Source of the DNA: Gracilinanus agilis
Lineage: Eukaryota
DNA: 64,000 nt
Assembly (NCBI RefSeq): GCF_016433145.1
Contig: NC_058131.1
Span: 359,569,233-359,633,232 of the forward strand
Reading direction: 5' to 3'
Below the pieces are notes generated by a model. The model saw nothing but the letters and a program-made list of their open reading frames with translations, searched no databases and was not told where the DNA came from. Each line of letters starts with the position of its first letter. Position 1 is the stretch's first letter. This document shows positions 1 through 12,759 of the stretch, piece by piece. A program made the translations under genes and the position numbers.

Positions 1-1947
1 AAACAGAACTGAAAAAGAGTGTTAATTTCAACTGGTGGCGGTTATAACCCTTATTTCTATGACAGTTACACTCTGTGGGTGTGGCATTCCAGAAGGGGGC
101 TTCTGGCAGTTGACAGAGCCACATGCAGCTTTTTTCTCCTTCAAACCTGGAGAAGGCAACATCTTTGCCTCTCTCTATCTTGGTCTGAGGGAAAGGCTTA
201 AAGGAGTAGAGTATTTTCTTTTCCAATTTGGGAAACACTATGCATTTATCTGTTACTGACTATAGATTGGTTAAACTGTGAAAAGACCAAACAAAACCTG
301 GTGTTTGGTTTGGACTCTGAGTCTGTTAAGGCTCAGAGTCCTAATTTGATTCTTGTGGAGACTGAACCAGCTAGCCTTGGTTATCTTTATAACTTAAAGA
401 TGAAGTTAAGAGTTATAGGGGTTAGGTTTATTTAGAATAGTATAAATTAGGTTAGTTAGATCAGGGAGGATTAGCACAGCCTGTGAACCACAGGAGAAGC
501 AGTTCCTTGCAGGACCTGGGAGTTTATTTGGGTGGAGTTAGAATCCCTTAGAATTAGAAATCCTTTTTTTCCCTTTATATATATTTAAATAAATAGTTTA
601 TTGCGCCTGACCCTGAAGGGAAGTTCATCTTTGAGCTTCACTTCATTTACCACTGAAGATGCTTTTGATATCATCTATCAAAAGTATCTGGAAACAATTT
701 TGAACCTTTATTTTCTAGTTCTTTGTCTTTATTAGTGTGCATGCCATTATTATTTTTACAAGATAGAAAACTAAAGAACAGTTAAAATATTCTGAGAATA
801 AATTTCTTTGTTTTTTAAATGGGGATAATAATGCACATAAACCAGTTTTACAGAATTGTTGGAAGCATCAGAAGAAATGTTATTTGAAAAGAACTTTAAG
901 AACTTAAAATGCTATATTATAAGGAAAGGGAAAAGTATTGATTTATTAAGTGTCTATTTTGTGCCAAATACTGTCTTAGTATCATTATAACAATGCAAGA
1001 AGTAGGTATTGCTCCCTTTACAATTTTGTTATCCACTTTAGAATTGAGACTGAGGAAGGTAAAGACTAAGTGACTTGTCTCTGGTTACATAGCTAGTTTA
1101 ATTACATGAAGGGAGATTTGAACCTTGATCTTGCTGACTTCAGGCCCAGTGCTTCATCCATTGTGTTACCTATCTACCAGCTATTATTAATACTATTCTT
1201 AGGCAAAAAGAGGCAATGAAAGAGCTGTCTCCAGAGTCAGGAACACTTGAGTTCAAGGCCAATTCATAACATACTGGTTTTTCAACCCTGGGTACACTTA
1301 GCCTTAGTGTCCCCAGGCAACTCTTTTAGATTATAAATCACTGAGAAGGGGAAGGGAGGGAGGAAAGGATGGGGGTCAGGTGGGTGGGGGGAGAGAGAGA
1401 GAGAGAGAGAAGAGAGAAGAGAGAAGAGAGAGAAAAGCATTTATCCAAAAAAGAATTATGACAGAATGGGTAAAGCACTGGATTTAAACCCAGTACATCT
1501 GAGTTTCAGTCCCAGCTCTGCCACCTTACCTGTGTGACCTTGGAAATGTTATTTCCTTTCTGTATTCTGTTCTCATCTGTAAAATTAAGAGGCTGAACCA
1601 AATGCCCCCTTAAGTTCTTTTCCAACCTTAAAAATATCTTATGACTTACCATCTGACCCCTTTTGTATGCTATAGTCTCTTTGGAATTAGTCCCTTCCCA
1701 TCTATCATAGAAATTATCCTGGAATTTGTATCAGAGGATTTGAGTTCAAAACCTGCCTCTACTACTTACTATCCTGGACATGTCAATTAAACTTTTGCCC
1801 TTAGTCTCTTGATCTATAAAATGATAGAGGTAGACTTGATGACCTCTAAGATGACCTCTCAACTCTAAATCCACTGGAGTCAGTGAGCGTGTAGCCTTAA
1901 GACTAGTAAATCTAGACATTTATTCCATTTGTCTGATTATTCTTCAG

Positions 1948-2294
1948 GGATCCAGAGTTTCTGCAAAGACTTGGTGGAGATTGCAGATATCTTGGAGAAG
2001 GCCACTGCTGGAGAAACAGATGCAGGAGACCAAAAGCCAACGCTCAAGAAGGTCTTTGAAGGACTCTCTCTCCTCCAGGCTAAGCTGCAGAATGTGTTCG
2101 CTAAGCATGGTCTGCAGAAAATGACTCCCATTGGTGACAAATATGACCCTTATGACCATGAGATCGTTTGTCACATACCAGCTGATGGAGTGCAACCAGG
2201 CACAGTGACACTTGTTACCCAAAATGGCTATAAACTTCACGGTCGAACCATCAGACCTGCCCAAGTAGGTGTGGCTGTTGAGACACAGGAATGA
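1948..2294 (+). CDS. GRPEL2: GrpE protein homolog 2, mitochondrial (nucleotide exchange factor of mtHsp70), last coding exon; earlier exons lie upstream of the window
   Basis: Acceptor ttattcttcag|GG at 1947/1948 (phase 1). Translates GIQSFCKDLVEIADILEK...VFAKHGLQKMTPIGDKYDPYDHEIVCH...GYKLHGRTIRPAQVGVAVETQE*, with GrpE hallmark motifs (FxKDL, FDP/YDP-x-x-HE, GYxLxxRxxRPAxV). Stop TGA 2292-2294. Paralog choice (GRPEL2, not GRPEL1) rests on recalled human sequence and adjacency to PCYOX1L. Confidence 0.95.
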
Positions 2295-5200
2295 TAGGAC
2301 CTGGGACCTGGGTAAACTAACATTCTTTCTTCTTGCACAGAACAAAGCCCCATGGGTTTCTTTTATTTATTACACAGATTTGTATTATAATTAGGATATT
2401 TTACTTGTTCTATTTTGAGGCTAATCTATGTAGTAGAAAAACATTTTTGATTTGGATTCAGTCAGAAGACATGCATTTTCATTTCAGTTCTGATAGAAAG
2501 CTCTGTGACAATGGTGAGTCACATTCCTTCTAAGCTATAACATGAGGGGTTTGCATGTAACAATTTCTAAGGTATCTTGCAATTTTAATTCTATGTTCAT
2601 ATGAATATAAGTTCAATATTATGACATTTAGTTGCTTTAATGTAACCTTTCCTTTGACTTCATCAGAAACCCTGTCATTGGCTTTCTTTAAAATATATGT
2701 TGGAGAAAGTTATTTATTTATTAATAATGGTACACTGGTATCTTCATGTGACAAGACAGAACAAAATGTAATGCGGTGTGTTTGTAACTGAATTTAATTC
2801 TGTGAGATGTCCCATTCCTACTCTTTCCCAGTTCCTTATATTCCTTAATATCAATTCAAAATTACCTTAATGGGAAGTTACTGGGTCAGGAATATGCAGG
2901 CATGTGTTGGTTTTATATGTTATGTGACCGTGCACAAGTCTCCTCTCTGGGCCTTAGCTATAAAATTATGGGGGTCTGACGAGATCTTAAGGGATTTTTT
3001 TGGCTCTTACAATGTATGTTCTAACTTACTGATCAGTTGATTAATTTTTTTTCCCTTATAATTAATTTAGCCCGTTTCCCCTTCTAGTTTTGATAGTCTG
3101 TTCTAAGATAGATTCTACTAGTGATATCATGTTAGAGTTCAATAAGGAAAACCAATTATATTTTATAATTTATGGATTTATTTAATTGAACTTTACCTGA
3201 AATGCAAAAAAAAATCATCTCTTAAATCCTTTTTTTAATATTTGTACTTAATAATTCAGTGGATCTGTGATCTCAGAGGTAAATATTTCCTTCATTAGCA
3301 CATATCCCAACCTATATCTTTTCTTTTTAGTTGTCATAAGACATTTAAAACATTTTTTCCTAGTTTAAAAAAAAATTTATTGGTGGCTCTGTTTTCTACA
3401 TCATCCCAGTTTTCCTTCCCCTTTCCTTCCCAGATTTCCATCCCATATAACAAAAATTAATATTTTTAAGATAATAAAGAAAAAAAGAAAAGAAAAAATC
3501 AGCACAACTGATCCATACATTGAAAAAGTCTAAAAAATGTGCAATGTATAATACTTGTGGACCTCTCACCTCCATGAAGGGGTGAGGTGGGAATGTCTTC
3601 TTTTATCTGTTCATTCAAGTAGTGTTTGAGCTTTATAATTTTGTCACATTCACTTTTGATTTTTTTGCATGTGATTGTTCCTATAATTTACATTCTTGTA
3701 GTTGTATATTGTTTTCTTGGCTCTAGTTATTTCACCTTGTATCAGTTCACATAGCTCATTTCATGCTTCTCTTTTTAGCACAGACAATTTCTTTCAGTAC
3801 AATATTATTCCATTACATTAATTTGTTAGCCATTCCCCATTCATTAGGCATCTACTTGTTTCCAGTTCTTCATTATTGCAAAAAATACTGCTATCAATAT
3901 TTTGGTGTATATGAAGACTTTCAAATTGTTTTCCAAAAATGAAACTTTCACAGTTCCATCAACAATGTATTAATGTGCCTACTATTCCACAACCCCTTTA
4001 AGATTGACTTTTGCCATTTTTTGCCATCTTTGCAAGTTTCAAGGATGTAAGGTGAAACCTCAGACCAACCTATGTCTTATAGAAGTAATAATCATGACTA
4101 TCTTGGACAAAATTGCAGATGTTTTTCATTTCAATGGATGAGTTAAGGTGCAGCAGACAAATTTTATGTGAGTCCATATCACTACAGGAGCAAGTATGAA
4201 TTCAGTCCATGAAATTATTCTAGCCATGCTAAAAACTTGTTAGCATGATTGAGGAATGGGAGTCACATAGGTCCAAAAGTTGGAAGGACCTTAAAGGTCA
4301 GTTATTCTGACCCCTGCTTCAAGCCTGAAACCCGTTTCCCAGTGAAGTAGTTTTTCAGTCTCTATAGAATTCCTCTAGTTACCTGGAACTTAATACCTTT
4401 CTTTTTAGAACTATCCTAAAACAGAATGGACTGCTTCAGGATAATAATTCAGGCAATGGCTAGTTGACCTTGGAAATTTTCAAGGAGAGCCTGTATAATC
4501 ATTCTTTGGGAGTATCATAAAGAGTGTTGAGGTTTGGAGTAGATGCTCTTTGTAGTTCCTTCTTCTTTTAGGAGTCTAAGTGTGCTTTTTTTTAGAAATA
4601 AGACTCCTATTTGAACTTCTCTTACTACAGATACTGTTACTACTACAAATTCATGAATTTGGCCTGTTTCTGACCATTTATATAATTAATCATAATTCCT
4701 CTAGGATAGACCAGGTCATAGAACCTATATTCATGAAAAACACATCATATGTGCCTAAATGTAGAGCTATGGGCTTCATTTCTTCTACTTAAGATCACTT
4801 TGCTGTGTAGTGATGATCTGACTGATTAGGATTTAGATCTCTCCAAACCTAGCCTGCTTTTGGCTAAATATAAAATTTGTTGCAGAATTGGGTCACAGGT
4901 AGCTTATTTTTTCTTTTTATTAGTTTGTTTTTCCTTAAAGGTATTAGGTTGATCACACTAATAACTCAGACTGTAAGAGTTTTGACCCCAAACCTTTAAA
5001 TCTCTTCCCTCCCTCCCTCCCCCTTGCCTATTTGTTTTAGAATCAATACTATGTATTGGTTCCAAGGTAGAAGAATGATAAGGGCTGGGCAATGAGAGTT
5101 AAATGACTTGCCCAGGGTCACATAGCTAGGAAGTATCTGAGGCCAGATTTGAACCTAGGCCCTCCTGCCTGTCTGGCTCTCAATCCACTGAGCTGACTAG

Positions 5201-6296
5201 CTATCCACTGAATCTGTTTTCATAGCCATCAGTACTGCTTCTTTTTTCTTTCTGTGACTTTCTACACATATGACTCTTTGCCAATGAGACCTTCTCTACT
5301 GGATGGACCATTTCTACAACCTGTTTAAAGAATCATGGGCATCTAGGATTTTTAAGGGGCCCTAAAGCACATCTAGTCTAGATCCCTCATTTCTAGTTGA
5401 GTAAATTAAGACCAGGAAATGTGAAGTGACTTGTTTAAAGTTTAATAGCTGCTGAGTAGTGGAACCAGGATCTGGACTTAGGTCTTCTGACTTTCTGTGG
5501 CCATGGCACCATTGATGCCTTTGTTCTTTCTTTAAATACAGGTTTCAACATCTTTTGTGGTGAGGAAAACCCAAGTTTTTAAGAAATTTATACAGAAAGT
5601 AGAAGAGCATAGTGGTTTAAAAAAAAAAAAAAACAGTCTTGAGAGTTAACAGATTTGAGTTCCAGTCTGACTTTACCATTAATTTTTTGTATAGCCATTG
5701 GTGAGTCATTTCTGATTTTGGCCTTAAACTTCTCCTTCTGTGAAATAAGAAACCAAACTAATTATCCTAAAGTACCCTTCTAGCTTAAAATGACTATGAT
5801 TTTAGAGTTCTCTTTTCTAAATGAATTTAGACTTATAAGTTAGAATTCAGTCATCTTTCTTCTCTACCAGGTAACAATCTTTTTCTCTTTATGATTTAGC
5901 AACTTGCAGCAAATGTTTATATGCCTTAGGGAACTAGTCATTGTACAGAGCTGCAGATGTAGCTTTAGAGAGCTGAGCTGTGTAGTCTTTGCTTAGATCC
6001 AAGGATTTGTTTTATAAAACGTAATTTCTGTTTTTTGTTTCTGTTTTTGTTTTGGCTCCCTTCCCTCAACCCCTCCCTTATTTTAACTGTGTGGTCCTTT
6101 TTATTTCAAGTGTGTTTCTTATAAACAAGGTATTGTTGGATTTGTAACCCTATTTTTCTCTCTCTCTAAAACTAGAGGCAGGGAGTCTGGTTAATTATTT
6201 ATTATGTATACATTTTATACATAATAAATAATTAACCCATCTGAGAAGATAAGCTTCTGGTTAATTAAGGTTCTGTTTTATAAAGATTTCAATGTC

Positions 6297-6302
6297 AATA
6301 AA
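6297..6302 (+). terminator. GRPEL2: Candidate distal polyadenylation signal of GRPEL2 (3'UTR about 4 kb)
   Basis: AATAAA at 6297-6302 followed by U/GU-rich ttggtctgtttccttcc, at the end of a non-repetitive AU-rich block (about 5880-6320). A second AATAAA lies at 6223-6228. No transcript evidence available. Confidence 0.45.
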
Positions 6303-9300
6303 ATTGGTCTGTTTCCTTCCCAGATTTATGAACCTTCTAGTCCCTGCTTTGAACAGAAACTTAACACTAATCCTTTAGAGACAAGAGCATTTTATGTGTG
6401 CTCTTAATGAATTATTTTCACAACATTGATAAATTTCTTGGCCTTAGTGTGAAAATTGGTATAAGAACATATTTGTACATATAAGAACATATAAGAAAAT
6501 AAGAACAAGCTCTTAGAGGCTGCGTAAAGGGTGCTGTGCGACTAAGCAGTTGAATTCCAAAGATCTTTTCCCTTTTGATGACATTGACTTTACCCAATAA
6601 CCTCAGTATGCCACACAATTGTACATATTTAAAATAATTTGTGTTGCCAACATTAGGTTTTGTGCTAAGAAATTTTCTTCCCCATTGATACTGATGATCA
6701 TTATCATGAGATAACTGAGGCTGAATCTAATAGTGAAAGTAAAGGCATTAAATGTGTTCAGACTATCCTGAATAAAATCTGCCTTTAAATAATATTGGTG
6801 TTTAATCAATGCTTCTTTGATTTCCAAAATTTTTTAAAAATAAATTTCATTTTATTTTTGTTGATTTGTTGATAATATATGTTCATATATTTATTTCTCC
6901 TTTCCCTACTCAGAGTTCCATCTGTTATAGCAAAGATTTTAAAAGAAAGGGGATGGGGAGACATTCAGTGAAACTAATCAACACATTAGTTTTGTCTGAT
7001 AGTATATTCCTTATTCCACACCTATTGTCCCTACCTTCCTTCAAAATGGGGAGGAAAACATATTTTCTCATCTTTTCTTCAAGGTCAAGCTTAGTCCTTC
7101 TACCATTATGTATATTGCTTTCCCCAGTCTGCTTACTTTACTTTGCATTAGTTTAAATATTTTTCCATGCTATTTTGTCAATAAATACTAAGTGCTTAAT
7201 ATGTGCCAGGTACTATACTGAGCACTGGGAATATAAATACACACCCCCTTCCCCCCCCAAAAAAAAAGTAGTCCTTGACCTCAAGGCACACACAAGGTAA
7301 TGGGCATGATAACTTATAAAAGGAATCTGAAAAGGAGTGGTAGTAGTAGTAGGAATGAAGATATTTGGACATGGTAGAGAAGTCTGAAGAGAAATTAAGA
7401 TATATCTACCCTGGAAGCCATCTTTAAATAGAATTCTAGGAAGAGCCATCTTATCAGAGAAAGAAGCTATTTGTGGTTGCTCTCCTTTGCTGGATCATTG
7501 TCCTTTTCCCATATCAAAATGTGGGTATCTCTTAATAGTCTTATCTGGCCTATCAGCTTGCTTGGGTTCACTTATCAACTATGCAAACTAAATCTGAATC
7601 TATACATTCTCTCTTTCTCCATCTCTTTCTGTCTCTGTATCTCCATTTTAGTTGTGTATTACCAACTGCCTTTTGGATAGTTCCAGCTGAATGTCAGATA
7701 AGCATCTCAGACTCAAGATGTTAAAAATGGAACTCATTTTCAGTCCTACTAAATCCTGGCTCTCATCCATGGTTCTATGATTCCAATCTCTCAGGTTGGA
7801 AACCTTGAAACTCATCTCCCTCAACTTCCATATGTAATTGGTTGCTAAGTTTTTTTAAAAATCTTTATTATAACACTTGACATTTCCTGCCATTTCTCTG
7901 CTCATATAGCCTCTTCTTGAGTTCTTCTGACTTTCATCATTTCTCATCTGTACTGTTAAGTAATAGTCTTGACTAGTGTCCTTTCTTTCAATCTATCCTC
8001 TCTTCAATCCATCCACTACAAAGACACAAAATTGATATCCCTAAATTTGACTGCATGTCACCCTTCTGCCAAATAAAAAAGATGACTCCCCATTGCTCTA
8101 GGATATATACTTTTATCTTCAGCCTGGCATTTACAGCCCTTCATTATATGGCTCCTATTTACCTTTCTAGTTTTATATTATTCCTTTGTGTTTAATGTAC
8201 TTTTTGTTCCAGTTGAACTGGCCTGCTAACTATTCCCCAAACATTACATTCTAGCTCTTGCTTACATGTTTTTGTATAAGTGGCCTTTCATCTGTGGAAT
8301 GCACTCCCTCTTTGAGCCCTTTATTATCTCTGACTTCTTTCAAAGAAAAACTTGGGTCCCCTTTTTTAAAAGAGGTCTTTTCTGATCCACTTTCTCCTTT
8401 TATCTTTGTCTGTCTGTCTTTCAATCACTCTCTTTTTCTGTTCCCTGTTTATCCTGTGGTTTGGGCAGAGTACACCAGAACTATAATTAGAGGAGTATGT
8501 TGTATTCAAGACCATATAAAAATTATGAGATATAAAGTGAAGAAGGTGCTGTCATGTTATGTAAGACTAACTGCAATAAAGGTCTGGAACAAATACGTGC
8601 ATGGTGCAAACAAAGTACTATGAGACTTCAGAGGAGAAAATTATTTCTGGCTGGGAAGATGTGGGAGGTCTCATGGTGAAGGCAGCATGTGAGTGCCTTT
8701 TTTTCTCTTCTCAGCTGCACACTCTAAAACAGGTTTTTGACCTAGGTTAAGTTCTTAAGAGGGCTCTTAACTGTCAACTAATCTCAGCCGAGATTTCCAT
8801 GGAACCCGTGTTACAACTCTAATAGACCTTTCATTTAGTTCAAACTCTTCCTTTATAGATGAAGAGAGACGTGGCAGAGCTGGGACTTAAGCTCAAGTTT
8901 TCTGACCCCCAAGTTCAGAACTCTGCAATTCCTGCTGTTGTTTTTGATAAAGGCTTGAGATCTGCAGCCTTCAATACTCACAGCTGCCTAACCTGGGGAC
9001 AAGATAAGGCACCACTCACTAACCAGGGAGGGGACTTTAGGTTGTTGAAGCCAAGGAAGAATTTTCCTTTTTATTTTTAAGAAGACGCTGACTTTTGGAA
9101 AAAAAAAGTTTCTAATTGGCCTCTCTGAAACCGTTTTCTTTTTTGTAAGATAAGTAAGTCGGGCTAGATATTCTTTCAACTGTCTTCCCACAGTGACAAC
9201 CTTTTTATTGTGCCTTGGTTCAGCTGGACGGATGCGGTTTGGGAAGACGGATTTGGGTTCGCATTCTGGTTCCCTTTACAGAGTTGAGGAGGTAACCCTG

Positions 9301-9599
9301 GAAAGTCCAGCTAATTATAAAAAAAAAGGGGGGGGGGGGATTGTGGAGTCAGAAGATGGCTTTGAAGCCAGGCTTTGCTTATCCGACCTCTGAGTCTCAG
9401 TTCAGTTCAGTTCAGTTCATCAGCCATTTATGAAACCCCTTGCTGGGTTCGAAAGACAAAAAGGAAAAACGGTCTCTGGGGCCATATATTTTACTGACAA
9501 CATGAGAATGTTAGAATTTGTAAGATCTGGAACTTTAAAGGCTCGGGATCAAGGATGAGACAACAGTCTCCTTTCCCCGAGCGACAAAGACTCTTCTGC

Positions 9600-10016
9600 T
9601 CGCTACCTACGGGGCCAATCAGAGGCCCTGATTTCGAGAGACTGACAGAAGGAGCGTTGTCCTATGAAAAGTGGGGGGCCAGGACAGTGGGGATATCTGA
9701 CCAATGAAAGGTTGGATCTCTGAGAGTGCAAGAAGAGTAACCAATGAAAATCCGAATCTAGGATGGGCGGACGGATTAGCCAATGAAAATTGTGGGGTGG
9801 AGCCATATTTAGTCAGCAGCCTATGGGTTTGACCGTGGGTGTCTTCCTCCCCTCCCTCCTACCACACCCCCTGCCTCTGGTCTGGTAGGCTGCAGATAGC
9901 TTGGGCTGGCTGTCTGTGAGCCTAGGCTGGGGAGCGGCGGCCCACTGGGTCCTCCACTGGCGCTGCCCCGCCTGCCCGCTGCCCAGCCCAGGCCGGCCCC
10001 CGCCTCAAGCATTCTC
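9600..10016 (+). promoter_or_regulatory. PCYOX1L: PCYOX1L promoter and 5'UTR: CCAAT-box array, GC boxes, small CpG-rich island
   Basis: CCAAT at 9615, 9701, 9741 and 9780; CCTAT variants at 9661 and 9820; GGGCGG and CCCGCC elements. CpG density rises sharply at about 9930-10140 in an otherwise CpG-poor window, directly 5' of the ATG at 10017. Confidence 0.8.
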
Positions 10017-10095
10017 ATGGCGGGCGCAGCCCTGCTTCTCATCACCCTGGTGGCCTCTGCTGCCGCGTCTAGAGATACCCCGCCCAGGAAAATCG
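10017..10095 (+). CDS. PCYOX1L: Prenylcysteine oxidase 1-like, coding exon 1 (signal peptide)
   Basis: ctcATGG start; MAGAALLLITLVASAAASRDTPPRKI is a hydrophobic signal peptide matching the recalled human MARAAPLL...DAPPGKI; donor G|GTATCC at 10095/10096 (phase 1). Confidence 0.9.
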
Positions 10096-10139
10096 GTATC
10101 CTGCGAGAGCGCCGGGGGAGGAGCCGCGGGGGCTGCAGG

Positions 10140-10450
10140 GGGGGGATGGAGAAGGACCAGGCCTGGAAGATGAGGGGGATCCTGGAGGAGGCACGGGCCC
10201 TGGAGGATGGGAAAGGGCCACGCCATGAATGGGTGGATAGAGAAGGCCCTGGGCACAGGCGATGGGCAGGATCTGAGAGGATGGAAGAAGACCAGGCCAT
10301 TAATGAAGGGGCGGATGGGGTAGTCCAGACCATAGATAAGAGAGAGGATAGGCAAAGATCAGGTCATGAATAAACTGAGGATGGCCAGGCCAGATGAGGA
10401 AGAGGATGGTACAGGCCTGGATGAGGGCAAGAGAGGTCTGGCATGGATGA
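10140..10450 (+). repeat. Degenerate G/A-rich minisatellite (about 33-bp unit, GGATG..ACCAGGCC) at the start of PCYOX1L intron 1
   Basis: Recurrent ggatgg/ggatag...(a)ccaggcc blocks at about 28-35 bp spacing. Confidence 0.6.
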
Positions 10451-11871
10451 GGGATTCACAGGGGGCGCCCTAGGCAAGAGTTTAGCTGAGAATTGGGAAG
10501 GTGGAGCCATAGGGACAATGGGGGAAGAGCCAGGGACAGATGCTGTCAGGCTACTGATGCAAGCTTAGGCTGGAAAGGTAGTAGGGAGTGAGACCAACAT
10601 ACATGTAGAAAATATAGGAGCTGAGGAAGGACCACATGAATCCAGAAAATGCCATACTTAGAATGATCTGGGCTTTGTAGTGTATATATGTGTGTGTATA
10701 TGTATCTGTATATGAAATATATAATATATACATACACACATATTCAAGGATAGGTAGATATATTGAACCTTTGTCTTTTTTGTAGCTTCCCTCTCCATTT
10801 CCCACTCCTCAGCACCCCCAGTTCTTAGTTCTAGGCTAGGACCTATCAAGAAGTATAATCCCTTTCCTCTGCAATAGTGTTTAGATATTTGAAAACCATA
10901 GCTTGCACTATTCCAATAGGCCTCTTTCCGAGCTGTCTCTCTGCTTTCAGTCTTTCCTCTTTCATCCCATCCTTCACAAACTAACAAATTAAATTTCTAA
11001 TGAACTAAAGTATCATCATTTATGTAAGGTCACTAAAACCTCTTAAATGGCTTTTCATTGCTTCCTGAATAAAAATTCCTGTTCTTCTTGCAACACATTC
11101 CATACCATGCTTCCAATCTTATTTTGCATTGTTCCTCATTATACTCCATGCTCTTGCCACGCTGAACTTTCTATCTTCTCATGTTCTCCTATCTAATTCT
11201 TTCCCTGCCAATTCTAAAATTACATGATTCTATTTCTCTCAATTATAATCCTTCCTGTTTTTCAAAGCCCTATGCTGGTATTACCTCCTAGATGATTTTT
11301 TTTCTCTAAGCCTTTCAGCTGAAAGAAATCTTTTCTTGGATCTCCTAGCACCTTTTTGGTCCTCTTCTTTGAATTTGTCTTGTTCTAAGTTGTGTGAGGT
11401 ATCTGTGTTCGTGTTCTAGCATTCCTAGTATACTGTAGTTATCCAAGAGTTTAAAATTGGAAAAGACCTTTGAAATCAACAGGGCTAACCCCCTCCCACC
11501 CACCCACCCCTTTTTTTTTTTTTTTTTACAGAAAAGGAAACTGAGGTTCAGGGGATTCCTATACCTTGCCTAAGATTTCATAGATAGTAATAGCAGAAAT
11601 GAGATTCTAGTCCATATCCTTTAATTACAAACCTAAAACTTTCCAATATGCAAAGATATGACCTTTCTGAATTCAGAATTCATGCTCTCTTAGCTCTCTA
11701 TCTCTTCCAGTTTAGCCTAGCACAAAGCTTTTTATAAGTCAAGTTTAACTAGTGTTTATTGAATGACTAAGCAATTTAAAGCAGAAGTTTTGGGTTGCTT
11801 CAAGATTTTTTCCCTTTCATTACTATCTCATGTTCCTTTGTTCCCTCATCTTTCCCTTTGTTTCCCAACAG

Positions 11872-12078
11872 CGGTTGTAGGAGCTGGAATTGGGGGCTCA
11901 GCAGCGGCCCATTTCCTTCAGCAGCTTTTTGGGCCCAGGGTACAGATTGATGTATATGAGAAAGGGACTGTTGGAGGCCGCCTGGCTACCATCACTGTCA
12001 ACAAACAGCAATATGAAAGTGGTGGTGCATCATTCAATTCCTTCAGCTTGCACATGCAGGATTTTGTCAAACTCCTGG
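11872..12078 (+). CDS. PCYOX1L: PCYOX1L coding exon 2 (FAD-binding Rossmann GxGxxG motif)
   Basis: Acceptor tttcccaacag|CG; AVVGAGIGGSAAAHFLQQLFGPRVQIDVYEKGTVGGRLATITVNKQQYESGGASFNSFSLHMQDFVKLL; donor G|GTAAGT; 207 nt with matching phases. Confidence 0.97.
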
Positions 12079-12552
12079 GTAAGTGAGGGCTACAACAGCT
12101 GGCAAGGAATGACAGGGGAAGGAAAAGCATAGGTTCATTGGCTGATGATTACATAATAAAATCAGTGATATCATCTGGACACCCAGTTTTAGGGGATTCA
12201 GAGATCATCTAGTTTATAGACAGTATTAAAACTTAGATCTTTTCGCTCCAGATCTTATGATCTTTGAGTTGAACTTCTGATATTCCTTCCAACTCTATAA
12301 TTCCCTGAATTAATAGGCTACCAGACAGTTATTTTACATGATGAGAAACATTCCTTCCTCCAGGTTGTATAATGGGAAAGGCTGGCATAATTATTAAAGA
12401 TAGTATTTGTTTTAATCACTGAGTTCATAGGAAATCTGTTCTGGGTTCTTCATTATCCCTAGTCTTATTTTTTTGTTTATTTTTTAAAAACCCTTACCTC
12501 CTGTCTTAGAATCAATACTAAATATCGGTTCCGAGGCAGATTAAATATAAGG

Positions 12553-12759
12553 CAGGGGTCAGCAACGTATGGCTCTCGAGCCATATCTGGCTCTTTTGAG
12601 GGCCAGATATGGCTCTTTCATGAGGAGCCACAAAGTCAATTTTTTTTCAGGCACTGTTACAGGAGTGCGCACTATGAGCACTATACAGCTCTCATGAAAT
12701 TACATTTTAAAAAATGTGGCGTTTATGGCTCTCATGGCCAAAAAGGTTGCTGACCCCTG
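12553..12759. mobile_element. Non-autonomous hAT (Charlie-like) MITE nested in a SINE
   Basis: 14-bp TIRs CAGGGGTCAGCAAC / GTTGCTGACCCCTG; 8-bp TSD ATATAAGG / CTATAAGG (7/8); splits a SINE1_Mdo-type element (about 12480-12880). Confidence 0.9.

Noticed and set aside
19-259. Two short ORFs at the window start as possible GRPEL2 exon 3
   Set aside because: No resemblance to GrpE sequence (expected RYQRAxADxENxRRR type); treated as intron.
9821-10355. Antisense ORFs of 170 and 116 aa over PCYOX1L exon 1
   Set aside because: Pro/Ser-rich products of GC-rich, repeat-like DNA on the opposite strand; non-ATG starts and no recognisable domain.
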